Assembly (NCBI GenBank): GCA_026398175.1
Contig: JAPLTJ010000140.1
Span: 1 to 54,633 of the forward strand
DNA from: Verrucomicrobiia bacterium
GTDB lineage: Bacteria > Verrucomicrobiota > Verrucomicrobiia > Chthoniobacterales > UBA6821
Length of the DNA: 54,633 nt
Reading direction: 5' to 3'
Below, piece by piece: positions 19,652 through 29,970 of this stretch. Numbering within the stretch: position 1 is the stretch's first letter; every line of letters begins with the position of its first letter. Both the position numbers and the translations under genes were made by a program. A model generated the notes under the pieces. That model saw only the letters and a list, made by a program, of their open reading frames with translations, made no database searches and was not told the DNA's origin.

Positions 19652-20863
19652 ATGCATCTCTTAAAAAAAATTTCCTTTTTATTTCTTTTTGCACCTTTCT
19701 TAAATGGGGCTTCCTCGACGCCTAAGCCCAATAATTCTGCCTTCCGAGATACCGCTTCTGTAACTATTTTAGATGATGGCTCAAAACATGAAATCTCTCC
19801 TTTAAAAGGAAATATCCAGATTGTTGGAAGGCAACTGCAGATTAATGGGCAACCTTTTATCATGAAGGGCATTTGTTATAGCCCTGTTCGCAAAGGAGCG
19901 ACTTATCCCGAGGGTCTTATTATCAATAATCCCACTGATGACGACTTAGCAGTCATTGAAAAAGATTTTCAAATGATGCATGCAGCTGGAATCAATACCA
20001 TACGCACTTATCAACCGTTACTAGACCCACGCATTTTGGACCTGTTGACAAAATATAAATTGCGAACCATTGTCCCTGTTTTTAATAATCACCTAGAGAC
20101 TGTTAATAATGTAGAATCGACCATTTCGGCGTTAAAAGATCATCCCTCCACCTTAATTTGGGAAGTGGGAAATGAATGGAATTATAATTTTTTCTATAGT
20201 CAAACTGCTTCTAATCCTGAAGGCATTGGTTTACCTCAATCCGTTACTTTATTAGAAAATGTTGCTCACGTTGTAAGATTAATGGATAACACGCATCCCC
20301 TCAGTACGGTTCTGGGGGATCTGCCTCCACCAACCGCTGATATTTGGCCCCAACTCAATCTCAAAGGAATTGATCTTTTTAAAGAAATCGATCTTTATGG
20401 AATCAATGTCTATTCCGGTATAACTTTTGGCGACCGCTTAACTCGATGGATCAGCACGAGCGCCAAGCCGCTTTATCTCGCAGAATTTGGAACCGATGCC
20501 TACAACATTAATATCGGCCCTGTCGATCCAACAACAGGCAAGCCAACTGGAGGTGAAGATGACACGACTCAGGATGCTGTGATTGATTCCTTAATTAACG
20601 AAGTTCTTAACAATCTTTCTGCGCTCAACCCAAATAATGTTCTTGTCGGCGGCAATCTTTTTGAATGGTGTGATGAATGGTGGAAACCTAATGTTCCTCC
20701 TCCTGGCATTCCTGATCCTCCTGACTCTCATGCACCGGGTGGAACTAGCGGGCCTTCTCTTGACCATGCCTTGAATGAGCGATGGTTTGGCATTCTTGAT
20801 ATCGATCGCAATCCTCGGCCTGCTTATTACACACTTCAAAAAATTTACTCAAACTCATTATAA
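19652..20863 (+). CDS. Secreted glycoside hydrolase, clan GH-A TIM barrel (GH2-like)
   Basis: Signal peptide; GINTIRTY; WEVGNE (acid/base); AEFG (nucleophile); FEW.DEWWK. Confidence 0.85.
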   Translation: MHLLKKISFLFLFAPFLNGASSTPKPNNSAFRDTASVTILDDGSKHEISPLKGNIQIVGRQLQINGQPFIMKGICYSPVRKGATYPEGLIINNPTDDDLAVIEKDFQMMHAAGINTIRTYQPLLDPRILDLLTKYKLRTIVPVFNNHLETVNNVESTISALKDHPSTLIWEVGNEWNYNFFYSQTASNPEGIGLPQSVTLLENVAHVVRLMDNTHPLSTVLGDLPPPTADIWPQLNLKGIDLFKEIDLYGINVYSGITFGDRLTRWISTSAKPLYLAEFGTDAYNINIGPVDPTTGKPTGGEDDTTQDAVIDSLINEVLNNLSALNPNNVLVGGNLFEWCDEWWKPNVPPPGIPDPPDSHAPGGTSGPSLDHALNERWFGILDIDRNPRPAYYTLQKIYSNSL

Positions 20864-20872
20864 TTGAGCTCC

Positions 20873-22030
20873 ATGAAATTAAAATCCTTCTTCCAACCCC
20901 TCCTCTGCTTGCTCCTTGTAACCTTCATTTTTGTGGCGATCGGACGCCACAAGCAAGAGCGCTTGATTACCTTTTTTGATAAATGCACGCATCATTTCTT
21001 TCATGGCGAATCCTCTTCGCTGACAGGCAATATCAAAATTGCAGGCCGGCAACTCATCGTCGATGGAAAACCTTTTATCATGAAAGGAGTTTGTTATAAC
21101 CCCGTCCGCAAAGGCGGTACGCATCCTTCCGGCCTTATCACCTTGAATCCAACAGCGGAGGACCTCGTTGCTATTGAAAAAGATTTTCAAATGATGCATG
21201 AGGCTGGAATTAATACGATTCGCACTTATGAGCCGCTTTTAGACAAACGAATCTTAGACCTTTTGGTGAAGTATCAATTGAGAACCATTGTTCCAGTGGT
21301 CAATTATCATCTCGCTCCTTTTCAGAAAGTTAGCTCCATTGTGCTGCGTCTGAAAAACCATCCCTCTACTCTCATTTGGGAAATTGGAAATGAATGGAAT
21401 ACAAACTTTTTTTATAGTAAAAATGTTGATCCGAAAAATCCTGAGGGCCTCGGATTTGATGAATCTCTCCGCCTCGTAAAAAATAGCGCTCGTTACATTA
21501 AGCTTCTTGATACAACACATCCTGTGAGCACTGATATTGCAAGAAAAGCGCTCAAAGATGAAGCCATCTGGACAACGCTACAGCATCTCAAATCGATCGA
21601 TCTTTTTGGTGTGAATATCTACCATGGATTAGATTTTGATCATCGCTTGGAACAATGGGCATCCCACATGACAAAGCCACTCTATATTGGAGAGTTTGGA
21701 GCAGATGCTTTTAATACCACAATCAACGCCGAGGATGACGCATCTCAAGAAGTCGCGACTCGCAGCCTTGTCACCGAAATGCTCAATAACTTGTCTGCGC
21801 TGAATCCTAATCATGTTTTGGTTGGCGGGTGTATTTTTGAATGGAATGATGAATGGTGGAAAGATCCGGCGACGGCTCCAGATGTTCATTCAACGCACGG
21901 CATTACGGAACCAGGCGAAGGCCCTTATCCTGATTATGTTTTTAATGAAGAGTGGTGGGGCATTGTTGATATTGACCGCAACCCGAGACCGGCTTACAAC
22001 ACGCTGAAGGAATTGTATTCTAAGAAGTAA
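20873..22030 (+). CDS. Glycoside hydrolase, tandem paralog
   Basis: Same motifs (WEIGNE, GEFG, FEWNDEWWK) and its own hydrophobic N-terminus. Confidence 0.85.
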   Translation: MKLKSFFQPLLCLLLVTFIFVAIGRHKQERLITFFDKCTHHFFHGESSSLTGNIKIAGRQLIVDGKPFIMKGVCYNPVRKGGTHPSGLITLNPTAEDLVAIEKDFQMMHEAGINTIRTYEPLLDKRILDLLVKYQLRTIVPVVNYHLAPFQKVSSIVLRLKNHPSTLIWEIGNEWNTNFFYSKNVDPKNPEGLGFDESLRLVKNSARYIKLLDTTHPVSTDIARKALKDEAIWTTLQHLKSIDLFGVNIYHGLDFDHRLEQWASHMTKPLYIGEFGADAFNTTINAEDDASQEVATRSLVTEMLNNLSALNPNHVLVGGCIFEWNDEWWKDPATAPDVHSTHGITEPGEGPYPDYVFNEEWWGIVDIDRNPRPAYNTLKELYSKK

Positions 22031-22033
22031 CTT

Positions 22034-22137
22034 TATCCGTTCAGCTGAACGGATACGTAACGGGTTACTCGCTACTCGTTACTTTTCCTATTCAGCCAGT
22101 TGTTATCAAGCACGCTTCCAGTTAGCTGAATGGATAC
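22034..22137. repeat. Perfect 22-bp palindrome, heptamer array and related IR pair
   Basis: TATCCGTTCAGCTGAACGGATA; GTTACTC/GCTACTC units; TATTCAGC...GCTGAATGGATAC. Confidence 0.8.
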
Positions 22138-22172
22138 AACAATTTCAAGTTAAAATAATTTAAGTTGAAGAA

Positions 22173-23639
22173 TTGTGCAGATCGTTTTACGTTTCGATCT
22201 CTTTTATTTTTTCAACTCAACTTATTTTGATCACACCTTCCTCATCGAGTAAAAAACAGTTAACCTCCATGGCGCTTACGCTGCTAATCATCAGCGCCAT
22301 TGATAATATTAGAAATCTTCCCCAGACAGCTCTTTTTGGAAGCACGTTGATTTTTTTCTTTGTTCTCTCAGCGTTGATGTTTCTTATTCCGGTTGCGCTT
22401 GTTTCCGCGCAACTCTCTTCACTATCGCACGAACACGGCGGCATCTACCACTGGGTTGATCGTGGCTTAGGGCCGAAAGTGGGCCTTCTAGCGGTCTGGT
22501 TGCAATGGATCAATACGCTCATTTGGTTCCCTTCTATTCTCTCTTTTATTGCAGCAACTGCGGCTTTCTTTTTTAATCCGGAACTGGCCAATAATAAAAC
22601 CTATTTGATCAGCGTTATCTTGATTGTTTTTTGGGGGCTGACTTTTATTAATCTGGCTGGCGTCCATCGCTCTGCTAAATTTGCGAGTCTTGGCGCGTTC
22701 TTTGGAGCGCTTGTTCCTATTATTTTCATTATTGCACTAGCCATCGCCTGGCTCTTGTTAGGACATCCTGTTCAAATTCATCTTCATCTCAATAATCTCT
22801 TTCCAAGTTTTAATCATTCTGAAAGCTGGTCCTCTCTGGGCGCGCTCACCGCCATCATGACCTCCTTTTTGGGAATAGAATTGGCTACCGTGCATATCAG
22901 CGAAGTGAAAAATCCAAGAACCACTTTTCCAAAAGCTCTCTTCTTTTCAGTCCTGATTATTTTGACCTCGATGACGCTTGGATCGCTTGCCATCGCCCTG
23001 GTCATCCCGCTGGACAAAATCAATTTAGTAGCTGGCGTCATGCAAACATTCAGCTTCTTTTTCACGGCCTATCATCTCACCTTTTTGATTCCGTTGGTTG
23101 TGTTGATGATCTTAGTTGGAAGCGGCGGTTCCATGATTAGTTGGATTATTTCTCCTGCCAAAGGCCTTCTTCAAGCGGCAGAAAGTGGATACCTCCCTGC
23201 GTTTTTTACTGTTCGCAATCGTCATGGCGTCGCTGCCCGTCTCCTCATCGCTCAAGCCGTTGTTGTAAGTCTGGCCTGTTCCGCCTGGGGCCTGATGCCG
23301 AGCGTTAATGGCGCCTACTGGCTGCTCACTGACCTCAGTACGCAGCTCTACATCCTCATGTATGTCCTGATGTTTATCGCTGCATTGCGTCTTAAAATAA
23401 AAAAGACCGCCTGCATGGATGGTTTTAAAATTCCTGGAGGAACACTCGGAACCGCCATCGTTTGTGTGGTCGGCCTTTTCGGCTGTATCGTAACGCTCCT
23501 AGTTGGATTCCTTCCTCCTTCTAGCGTCGATGTTGGAGGAAAAATCCACTACCTCATCACTTTTTCTAGTGGAATGCTTCTCCTCATTGTTCCTGTTGTT
23601 TTTTTCTATGCTTATAAGGCGTGGAATCGAGCAAAGTGA
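22173..23639 (+). CDS. APC-family amino acid permease
   Basis: About 12 TM helices; IRNLP, GGIYHWV, FLGIE, NPRTTFPKA. True start probably ~22227. Confidence 0.9.
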   Translation: MCRSFYVSISFIFSTQLILITPSSSSKKQLTSMALTLLIISAIDNIRNLPQTALFGSTLIFFFVLSALMFLIPVALVSAQLSSLSHEHGGIYHWVDRGLGPKVGLLAVWLQWINTLIWFPSILSFIAATAAFFFNPELANNKTYLISVILIVFWGLTFINLAGVHRSAKFASLGAFFGALVPIIFIIALAIAWLLLGHPVQIHLHLNNLFPSFNHSESWSSLGALTAIMTSFLGIELATVHISEVKNPRTTFPKALFFSVLIILTSMTLGSLAIALVIPLDKINLVAGVMQTFSFFFTAYHLTFLIPLVVLMILVGSGGSMISWIISPAKGLLQAAESGYLPAFFTVRNRHGVAARLLIAQAVVVSLACSAWGLMPSVNGAYWLLTDLSTQLYILMYVLMFIAALRLKIKKTACMDGFKIPGGTLGTAIVCVVGLFGCIVTLLVGFLPPSSVDVGGKIHYLITFSSGMLLLIVPVVFFYAYKAWNRAK

Positions 23640-23695
23640 TGACGCATGCCATTTCCAGAGCTAGAAGAAAAAAAGAAAAAAAGGAAAAGGGGTCG

Positions 23696-23746
23696 AAAAG
23701 GGGTCGGTCCCATAGATCGTTATATTTGGTGCCAGTCCACTAGATT
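23696..23746. repeat. Intergenic partial copy of the glgB-inserted REP-like element
   Basis: GGGGTCGGTCCCATAGATCGTTATATTT and TTTGGTGCCAGTCCA.TAGATT match blocks of 14661-14749. Confidence 0.85.
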
Positions 23747-24076
23747 TTAATATCTTTGCGTTGACCCTCTGCTTGATTTTTACGCTCCAATAGTATGGAA
23801 ATGCGTTCGGTTAGCCGGAGCTTCCTGGTAACGCAGAACGAATCCCCTAAAAACTGAGAGTGCCGTTTGAAAAAACGCGTTTATTTGACCTGCAGCATCG
23901 TTTGTTCATGGGGGTGCTATGATCCTATCCTGGAAAATGGCCTGACCGATTTTCATTAAATCATTCTCACATTCAGCGAGTTGCTATCAATATTTTAGCC
24001 TCTTCTATGACCGCACTGCAACATTTTCTCTGTAGAAATCGATCAATTTTCTCTGGTTGAAGCAGTGTTCAAACTT

Positions 24077-24142
24077 GAGCTAGCGCGTGTCTCTTTGCGC
24101 TAGCTCCCCACATTACAGGGGCGAGGCAAGCCTCGCCTGTCA
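24077..24142. terminator. Two hairpins (terminator / REP-like) after the sugar porter
   Basis: GAGCTAGCGC...GCGCTAGCTC and GGCGAGGC-AA-GCCTCGCC. Confidence 0.55.
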
Positions 24143-24146
24143 CTCT

Positions 24147-25553
24147 TTACCTTCCGATTTTTCGAAGAGGAAGGCCTGAGAGTAGATTGCTTTCTATTTT
24201 TTCTAACGATACACCTTTTGTTTCTGGAACAAAAAAGCGGAAAAATAAAACGGCGACTACTGGAAACCAACCAAAAATCAGAAATGTATTTCCATTTCCT
24301 AGTTTCGCCAACATCGTCAAGAAAACTCCTCCAAGGATCGCATTAGATGCCCAGTTTGCTGCCGTACTAAAGGTCACACCAAGATCGCGACCACCAAGAG
24401 GGAAGATCTCTGAACAGATAATCCAAGTAATCGGTCCAGAGCTCATCGAAAAGCCAATGATGAAGAAAAGTAACGCCAGGATCGCGTAGTAGCCGAGAAC
24501 AGGTGATTGCGCCAGATCCATATTAAAAAGAGTACCAACGATAATCATCGAAATCCCCGTTACAACAAAGCCGGCATACATCATCGGCTTGCGTCCCAAC
24601 TTATCGACAAAAGCAATCGCAATAAATGTAGCGAGCAGGTTGGTAGCTCCGACAATCACGGTCCCCCACATCTGGCCTGAAGTGCTGGCAAATCCGGCGA
24701 TTTTAAAAATACGCGGCGCATAGTACAGCACCACATTGATACCTGTCAGCTGCTGCATGATTTGCAACACAATACCTAGGATAATAGCGCGTCGAAAATT
24801 AGAATTATGTAACAACATTTGAAAACCATTCTGCTTTTGTTGAAGGTTTGTTTGAATTTCAATAACTTCACGAGCAATTTCATCTTCAGGCAAAAGCATT
24901 TTGCGAAAAACATCGACCCCGCGCTCTTGAAACCCTTTGAGAAAAAGCCACCGCGGGCTTTCTGGAAGAAGCAGCATTCCGAAAAACATTATTCCTGCTG
25001 GCACCGCAATAATGCCAAGCATAACGCGCCAATGTCCTCCTACCACTCCAGCAATAGAAGCAGTGGTACCAAAGTACATGTCACTTAAAAAGGCAACTAA
25101 GATTCCAAGGGTAATCATGAATTGATACATAGAGACCATCATGCCCCGTACATTCTGCGGAGAAATTTCTGAGAGGTAAAGCGGTGCAGTGAAGGAAGCC
25201 AATCCAACTGCAATGCCCAACAAAAATCGAGCGGCAATCAATTGATCGGCAGAGGTGCTCATGGCACAAGCAATAGATCCTACTGCAAAAATAAAAGCGC
25301 TGAGGAGCATTGCTTTTTTGCGCCCGAATAGATTGGAAAAAGTGCCAGAAATGAGGACTCCAAATACAGCCCCCCAAAGAGTAGCGCTTACGATCATTTC
25401 AATAACATGATCACTAATCTGAAATTCTTTTTGAATAAATTCATTAGCCCCCGAGATGACCCCTATATCAAGCCCGAATAAGAGGCCTGCGAGGGCAGCC
25501 GTAAATCCTATAAAGTAGACGATAGCGTTTAGTTTTGAGTTAGATGGTTGCAT
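24147..25553 (-). CDS. MFS sugar porter (GalP/AraE-like)
   Basis: GLLFGLDIGVISG, FGRKK, PESPRWL, QQLTGIN, PETKG. Confidence 0.95.
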   Translation of the reverse strand: MQPSNSKLNAIVYFIGFTAALAGLLFGLDIGVISGANEFIQKEFQISDHVIEMIVSATLWGAVFGVLISGTFSNLFGRKKAMLLSAFIFAVGSIACAMSTSADQLIAARFLLGIAVGLASFTAPLYLSEISPQNVRGMMVSMYQFMITLGILVAFLSDMYFGTTASIAGVVGGHWRVMLGIIAVPAGIMFFGMLLLPESPRWLFLKGFQERGVDVFRKMLLPEDEIAREVIEIQTNLQQKQNGFQMLLHNSNFRRAIILGIVLQIMQQLTGINVVLYYAPRIFKIAGFASTSGQMWGTVIVGATNLLATFIAIAFVDKLGRKPMMYAGFVVTGISMIIVGTLFNMDLAQSPVLGYYAILALLFFIIGFSMSSGPITWIICSEIFPLGGRDLGVTFSTAANWASNAILGGVFLTMLAKLGNGNTFLIFGWFPVVAVLFFRFFVPETKGVSLEKIESNLLSGLPLRKIGR

Positions 25554-25678
25554 TCAGATAGGCCAGTCTAAAATGAATCGAAAAGCAAGCTCTTTTTTAA
25601 TTTTATTTTCCCTCAAAAAAAGAGGGCTTGCCTCCGAAGGAAATTTTTGCTAAACCGCCTGCCTTTTCTCTTGTCACT

Positions 25679-26125
25679 CTATTTCCGAACGCTTGATTTT
25701 TTTGCGCCTCTTTTTTTCTTCTTCGGCCCCTCTGCGAGGCGCTGATTCCAAAAAAGAGCCGTGTCGCTAAACCGTTTTACCAATTGTTGAAACTGCTCCA
25801 AAGAGACTCCTTTGAGCTGCTCTTGATAACAAAGAAAGACTGTTAAACTCGCTGGATCTACACCAATTGTGGCACCACCTGTTCCTCCCCATAATAAATT
25901 GGCTTCTAACAATTCATCATAAAAGAGTTCACTTTCTTTTGGTTTCAAAACCCCGACCAGGCTTGAAAGAAGAAGCGCATTCTGCTCTTCGTTATATTCG
26001 AGATCAATGGTCACCCGATCATCGAAGCGCAACGAACAAAGCCCTTGCGGGTGAGGTTCAAGAGACGAAACCCCAATATTCTCTCCAAACATTTTAATGA
26101 GTTTTTGGAAGTTTTCTAGTGACAT
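25679..26125 (-). CDS. CesT/Tir-family T3SS chaperone
   Basis: FG..IG...L.....G.CSLRFDD..TIDLEY...LLEANLLW.GTGGAT.G pattern. Confidence 0.85.
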   Translation of the reverse strand: MSLENFQKLIKMFGENIGVSSLEPHPQGLCSLRFDDRVTIDLEYNEEQNALLLSSLVGVLKPKESELFYDELLEANLLWGGTGGATIGVDPASLTVFLCYQEQLKGVSLEQFQQLVKRFSDTALFWNQRLAEGPKKKKRGAKKSSVRK

Positions 26126-28974
26126 ATCGATCTAGATCCGTGATGAGGTAAAGATAAGTCGGATGTCGATAAATGCAACACCTTGTTATCTGATCCTGCT
26201 CTCTTTTTAAAAAGAGCAGGCGCTATCGCAACAGTTAATTGTCGTTGCAGTGCCTCTTTTTCATCAGCATCTTCTATTTTTTCCCCATGTGAATTTAAAA
26301 CATAGAACGTATCAAAGGCCCCTCCCATCTCAGTGGCTATCCGCGCGAGATCAATAGAAAGCCCCCGCTGACTAAAAACCTGAACGAGATCATAAAAAAG
26401 ACCTTGCCGATCGGATGCCTCTACCTCCACCAAGGTATAGATTGGATGAGAATGAGAATCGATAACCACTCGTGGCAAAATCATCCCTTCCTCAATCGCC
26501 TGGCGCTGGCTCAAGGAATGAGGCTCTGGCTTTTTAAAAATCGGTTTTTCGGTGGTGTTTAAAAATTCTTTGAGGCTTCGTTCCATGGTTCGCTTTTCCT
26601 TTTCGTTAACCAAGGAATCTCGACGAACGCTATTCACTCTAAAAATATCTAACGTGAGATGGTCCGTGCGGGTAAAAATGTCAGCCCCGAGAAGATTGAT
26701 TCCTGCAATCAAGAATGATGCTGCTATTTTTTCGAGAAGATATCTCCGATCCCATCCACAAATCCAAACTTCGGTGTGCCCCTGCTCGAAATGCTCTTTC
26801 CAACGAATTTCAGGCTCGATAATATTGGCCTGATTATTTTTAAAGCGTTCAAAAAAAATTCTAAACATTTGTAAATGTTCCGTCAGAAGCTGCGGCTCTA
26901 TCATTCTAAAATAACGTTCAGGCATCTGATCAAAATGATCTCTAATTTCTTCACTGAATCCAGTTCCTAAAACTCCTCTCGCCTGTTCTTCCATTCCAAC
27001 GCGGTTGGCATCGATTTTTTTAAAAAAGTGAATTCCTATTTCCAAATAGTTTTTTGTTTTTTCAAAAAGATTCCAAACGAGTTGCTCTTTCCAATCGCTC
27101 CATTCAACATCTGCTGTTCCCATGCCATCAGCCAATGTCAAGATCATGAGGGCATGAAGAGTCGGAGTTGTTTGAACTGTTTTTGCGAAATTGCTGATGG
27201 TTGTAAAATCTTCTAAATCACGCGAGCGCGCAATGGTTCCCAATTCTCCATGATATTCAACTAAGGTCAACAGGCGCTGGAGACTCTCCCCATGAAGATG
27301 AAATCGCTCTGCAATTTTTTTTGCATCTGCAGCACTGGCTTTAGCATGTTCGGAAACATTAGCAGCCTTGCCAGTATCGTGAAGCAACATGCTGAGATAG
27401 AGAATAGCTGGATCATCCAGATTTTTAAAAAGTGTGCTGTATCGAAAGATCTTTGGATCGTTACTAAAAAGAAGTTGATCTATTTTTTCGATACAGACTA
27501 ACGTGTGTTCGTCTGCCGTGTAATGATGATAGAACTCGTGTTGTACGAGGCAGGTTAAAGCTCCAAATTCAGGAAGGTATTTTCCTAAAAACCCAAGATC
27601 ATGCATGAGTCGGAGGATACGGCCGACTTCTCCCTTGCGAGAAAGAATGAGTAAAAAAATGTTGCGGTTTTCCATTGCTTCCTGAAACCGATGATCTACG
27701 AGGAGCAATCGTCGTTTGATAAGGTCGCTCAGCTCTGGCGAAAACTCAGCTCCCCTCATTTGAGCTAAATGAAAGGCCCTCATCATGCGATGTGGTTCTT
27801 TATTAAAAATATTGTGATGCTCTGGAAAAATCGTCCCTTTTTTCAGCAAAAAGCCATCTATTTTTTCGACATTAAATTTTTTAGAAAAAAACGACGCAAT
27901 CACATTCTGCCGTTTCTCTAATAACTTCATTCGTTCAAGAACTAATGAGGTGATGAGATAAATATCTCTTGTTTTCTCATAGTAATCCTTCATGAATGCC
28001 TCGCTTCTCTTGAGTATACCTCTTTGAGAATACCCTAAGGCGGTTGCAACGACCCCTTGCAAACGAAGCGTCAACCGATCTTGAGGTCGTTTTTCTTGAT
28101 CATGCACTTCTTGGCGAACACTCAATAGAAAGGATTCATTTTTTTCCAATTTCCGCCGTTCGCTTTCGCGAAGATATTTTAATTCTACCAATCGAGAAAG
28201 CGTGTTGGCTTTGACATAAACATTCGCAATCCAGAGAAGGTTTTGATAGTCCCGTAGACCTCCCTTTCCCGATTTAATATTTGGTTCTTGCATGAATACT
28301 GTCTTACCAAATTTTTCATGCATTCGTTGAAGATCCTCTAACCTCCAAGCGACATATTCTTTTTCTTTATTGTAAATACATTTTTTAAAAAAATGTTCTT
28401 TAATTTTTTTAAAAACCTTTTTATCTCCTTTTATCAACCTCATCTCCAGCATGGCTGTCTTTGATATCATCTCTTGATTGGCATGGTCAATTGCTTCAGT
28501 AAGAGAGCGGGTAGCATGTCCTATTTTTAAACCAAGATCCCATAATGCTATCAAAATGGAGCTAACAATTTTTTCTGTAGTGGGCTTTATTAATTCTGCT
28601 TCTTGTAGAAACATAATATCAATATCACTATATGGACTTAATTCTCTCCTTCCATAACCACCTAAGGCAATCACGCAAAAACCTTCATTTTTTAAAGAAT
28701 TTTTATTTTCTTTGAGAGCCATTTCAAGCAGTTCTCCTATTATAATATCCATTGCATCAGAACGATATTGAGCAATCTCTTTCCCTCTAATTTCTTGTCG
28801 ATGCCACTTTTTAAGCTGCTGGGTCTCGCTGCTTTTAAATCGTTTCAATATTTTTAATAAAGACTTTGTCGATGTATTCAGCTTGGTATTCTGACTTACC
28901 TCTTCTTTAACCTCTTTTATAGAATTCTCAAAAAGATTCCTTTCTTCATTTGAGAGAGAAAAAGAAAATTTCAT
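26116..28974 (-). CDS. glnD: [Protein-PII] uridylyltransferase
   Basis: ALGGYGRREL.PYSDID, EPNIK.G.GGLRD, HHYT.DEH, LLHD.GK, two ACT domains. Confidence 0.95.
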   Translation of the reverse strand: MKFSFSLSNEERNLFENSIKEVKEEVSQNTKLNTSTKSLLKILKRFKSSETQQLKKWHRQEIRGKEIAQYRSDAMDIIIGELLEMALKENKNSLKNEGFCVIALGGYGRRELSPYSDIDIMFLQEAELIKPTTEKIVSSILIALWDLGLKIGHATRSLTEAIDHANQEMISKTAMLEMRLIKGDKKVFKKIKEHFFKKCIYNKEKEYVAWRLEDLQRMHEKFGKTVFMQEPNIKSGKGGLRDYQNLLWIANVYVKANTLSRLVELKYLRESERRKLEKNESFLLSVRQEVHDQEKRPQDRLTLRLQGVVATALGYSQRGILKRSEAFMKDYYEKTRDIYLITSLVLERMKLLEKRQNVIASFFSKKFNVEKIDGFLLKKGTIFPEHHNIFNKEPHRMMRAFHLAQMRGAEFSPELSDLIKRRLLLVDHRFQEAMENRNIFLLILSRKGEVGRILRLMHDLGFLGKYLPEFGALTCLVQHEFYHHYTADEHTLVCIEKIDQLLFSNDPKIFRYSTLFKNLDDPAILYLSMLLHDTGKAANVSEHAKASAADAKKIAERFHLHGESLQRLLTLVEYHGELGTIARSRDLEDFTTISNFAKTVQTTPTLHALMILTLADGMGTADVEWSDWKEQLVWNLFEKTKNYLEIGIHFFKKIDANRVGMEEQARGVLGTGFSEEIRDHFDQMPERYFRMIEPQLLTEHLQMFRIFFERFKNNQANIIEPEIRWKEHFEQGHTEVWICGWDRRYLLEKIAASFLIAGINLLGADIFTRTDHLTLDIFRVNSVRRDSLVNEKEKRTMERSLKEFLNTTEKPIFKKPEPHSLSQRQAIEEGMILPRVVIDSHSHPIYTLVEVEASDRQGLFYDLVQVFSQRGLSIDLARIATEMGGAFDTFYVLNSHGEKIEDADEKEALQRQLTVAIAPALFKKRAGSDNKVLHLSTSDLSLPHHGSRSICH

Positions 28975-28980
28975 AACTTT

Positions 28981-29970
28981 TTAATTTTGATGAATTACAA
29001 TTTCAACACGCCTATTGAGTCTTTGCTGTTCAATACTTCCATTGCTTGGAACAATAAAATTTTTTTTTCCAAAACCTCTTACTTGAATTTTTGATCCATC
29101 GATAAGCTGGTGTGATAATAGCCACTTTTTTATTGATTCGGCTCTCCTTTGACTTAAATCCAAATTATATTCATCACTCCCAAAACTATCAGTAAATCCT
29201 TCAATAATGAATTGAGCCTTTGGATTTCGTTGAATAAGAAGTTCTAACTTTTCGAGGCTCTTCTCTGCATCTGGCTTCAGCTGATCCACATTATATTCAA
29301 AAAAGAGATCTGTTGGAAGTAAGATGGGTGCTGTTTTTGAAGTGAGAGGACTATTTTGGTCAAGAAGCTCTTCTATTTTACTATAATTTCCAAGAGAAAC
29401 TGTTTCTTGTGTTTTTATATCTTTGAGGGAGCTTTTACTTGCACCTTGTAGTTGATCCCAATCGATTAAAGGTTGTTTAAAATTGGTCTTCGTTTTTAAA
29501 ATTATTTGATTTTCTAAAAGATATGTTTCTTTTTCTTCTGAAAATTCTTCATTCTTTAGTTCACTAGGTTTAACATCTTTAACAATCGATGGTTGATCGG
29601 TAGTTATTTCATTTTCTGAAATATTTATTCCCACCGGAACCAATGAAGATGCTAGTTTAGTTTCTTCTTTTAGGAGAGTTGGATCTATATCTACTCTTTT
29701 TAACTGAACACGTCTTGGAATAATTCTATCAAAGGAAGAGGGATTGAATGAAGTTATAGTAAAATTGGTTAAGAGGACAAAATGAAAAATAAAAGATAAA
29801 AATAAACAAATAAAAAAAAGGAACAAATAAAATCTAGATTTAAAAAAAAATTTAAATCTAAGTTTAAAAGATTTCAAATTAGAAGTTATTCCCATCATGA
29901 TTTTACTTTTCAATAATTTAGAGTCTATTTCATAATAGTAATGATGAGAATAACTTTTATTTAAACCCAT
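28981..29970 (-). CDS. OmpA-family domain membrane protein
   Basis: TM helix plus IEG.TDSFG..EYN..LS.RRA...NRRVEI. Start uncertain. Confidence 0.9.
   Translation of the reverse strand: MGLNKSYSHHYYYEIDSKLLKSKIMMGITSNLKSFKLRFKFFFKSRFYLFLFFICLFLSFIFHFVLLTNFTITSFNPSSFDRIIPRRVQLKRVDIDPTLLKEETKLASSLVPVGINISENEITTDQPSIVKDVKPSELKNEEFSEEKETYLLENQIILKTKTNFKQPLIDWDQLQGASKSSLKDIKTQETVSLGNYSKIEELLDQNSPLTSKTAPILLPTDLFFEYNVDQLKPDAEKSLEKLELLIQRNPKAQFIIEGFTDSFGSDEYNLDLSQRRAESIKKWLLSHQLIDGSKIQVRGFGKKNFIVPSNGSIEQQRLNRRVEIVIHQN

Noticed and set aside
19652-22030. Read-through fusion of the two hydrolases (same frame across TAA 20861)
   Set aside because: Each ORF is a complete domain and the second has its own ATG and hydrophobic leader.
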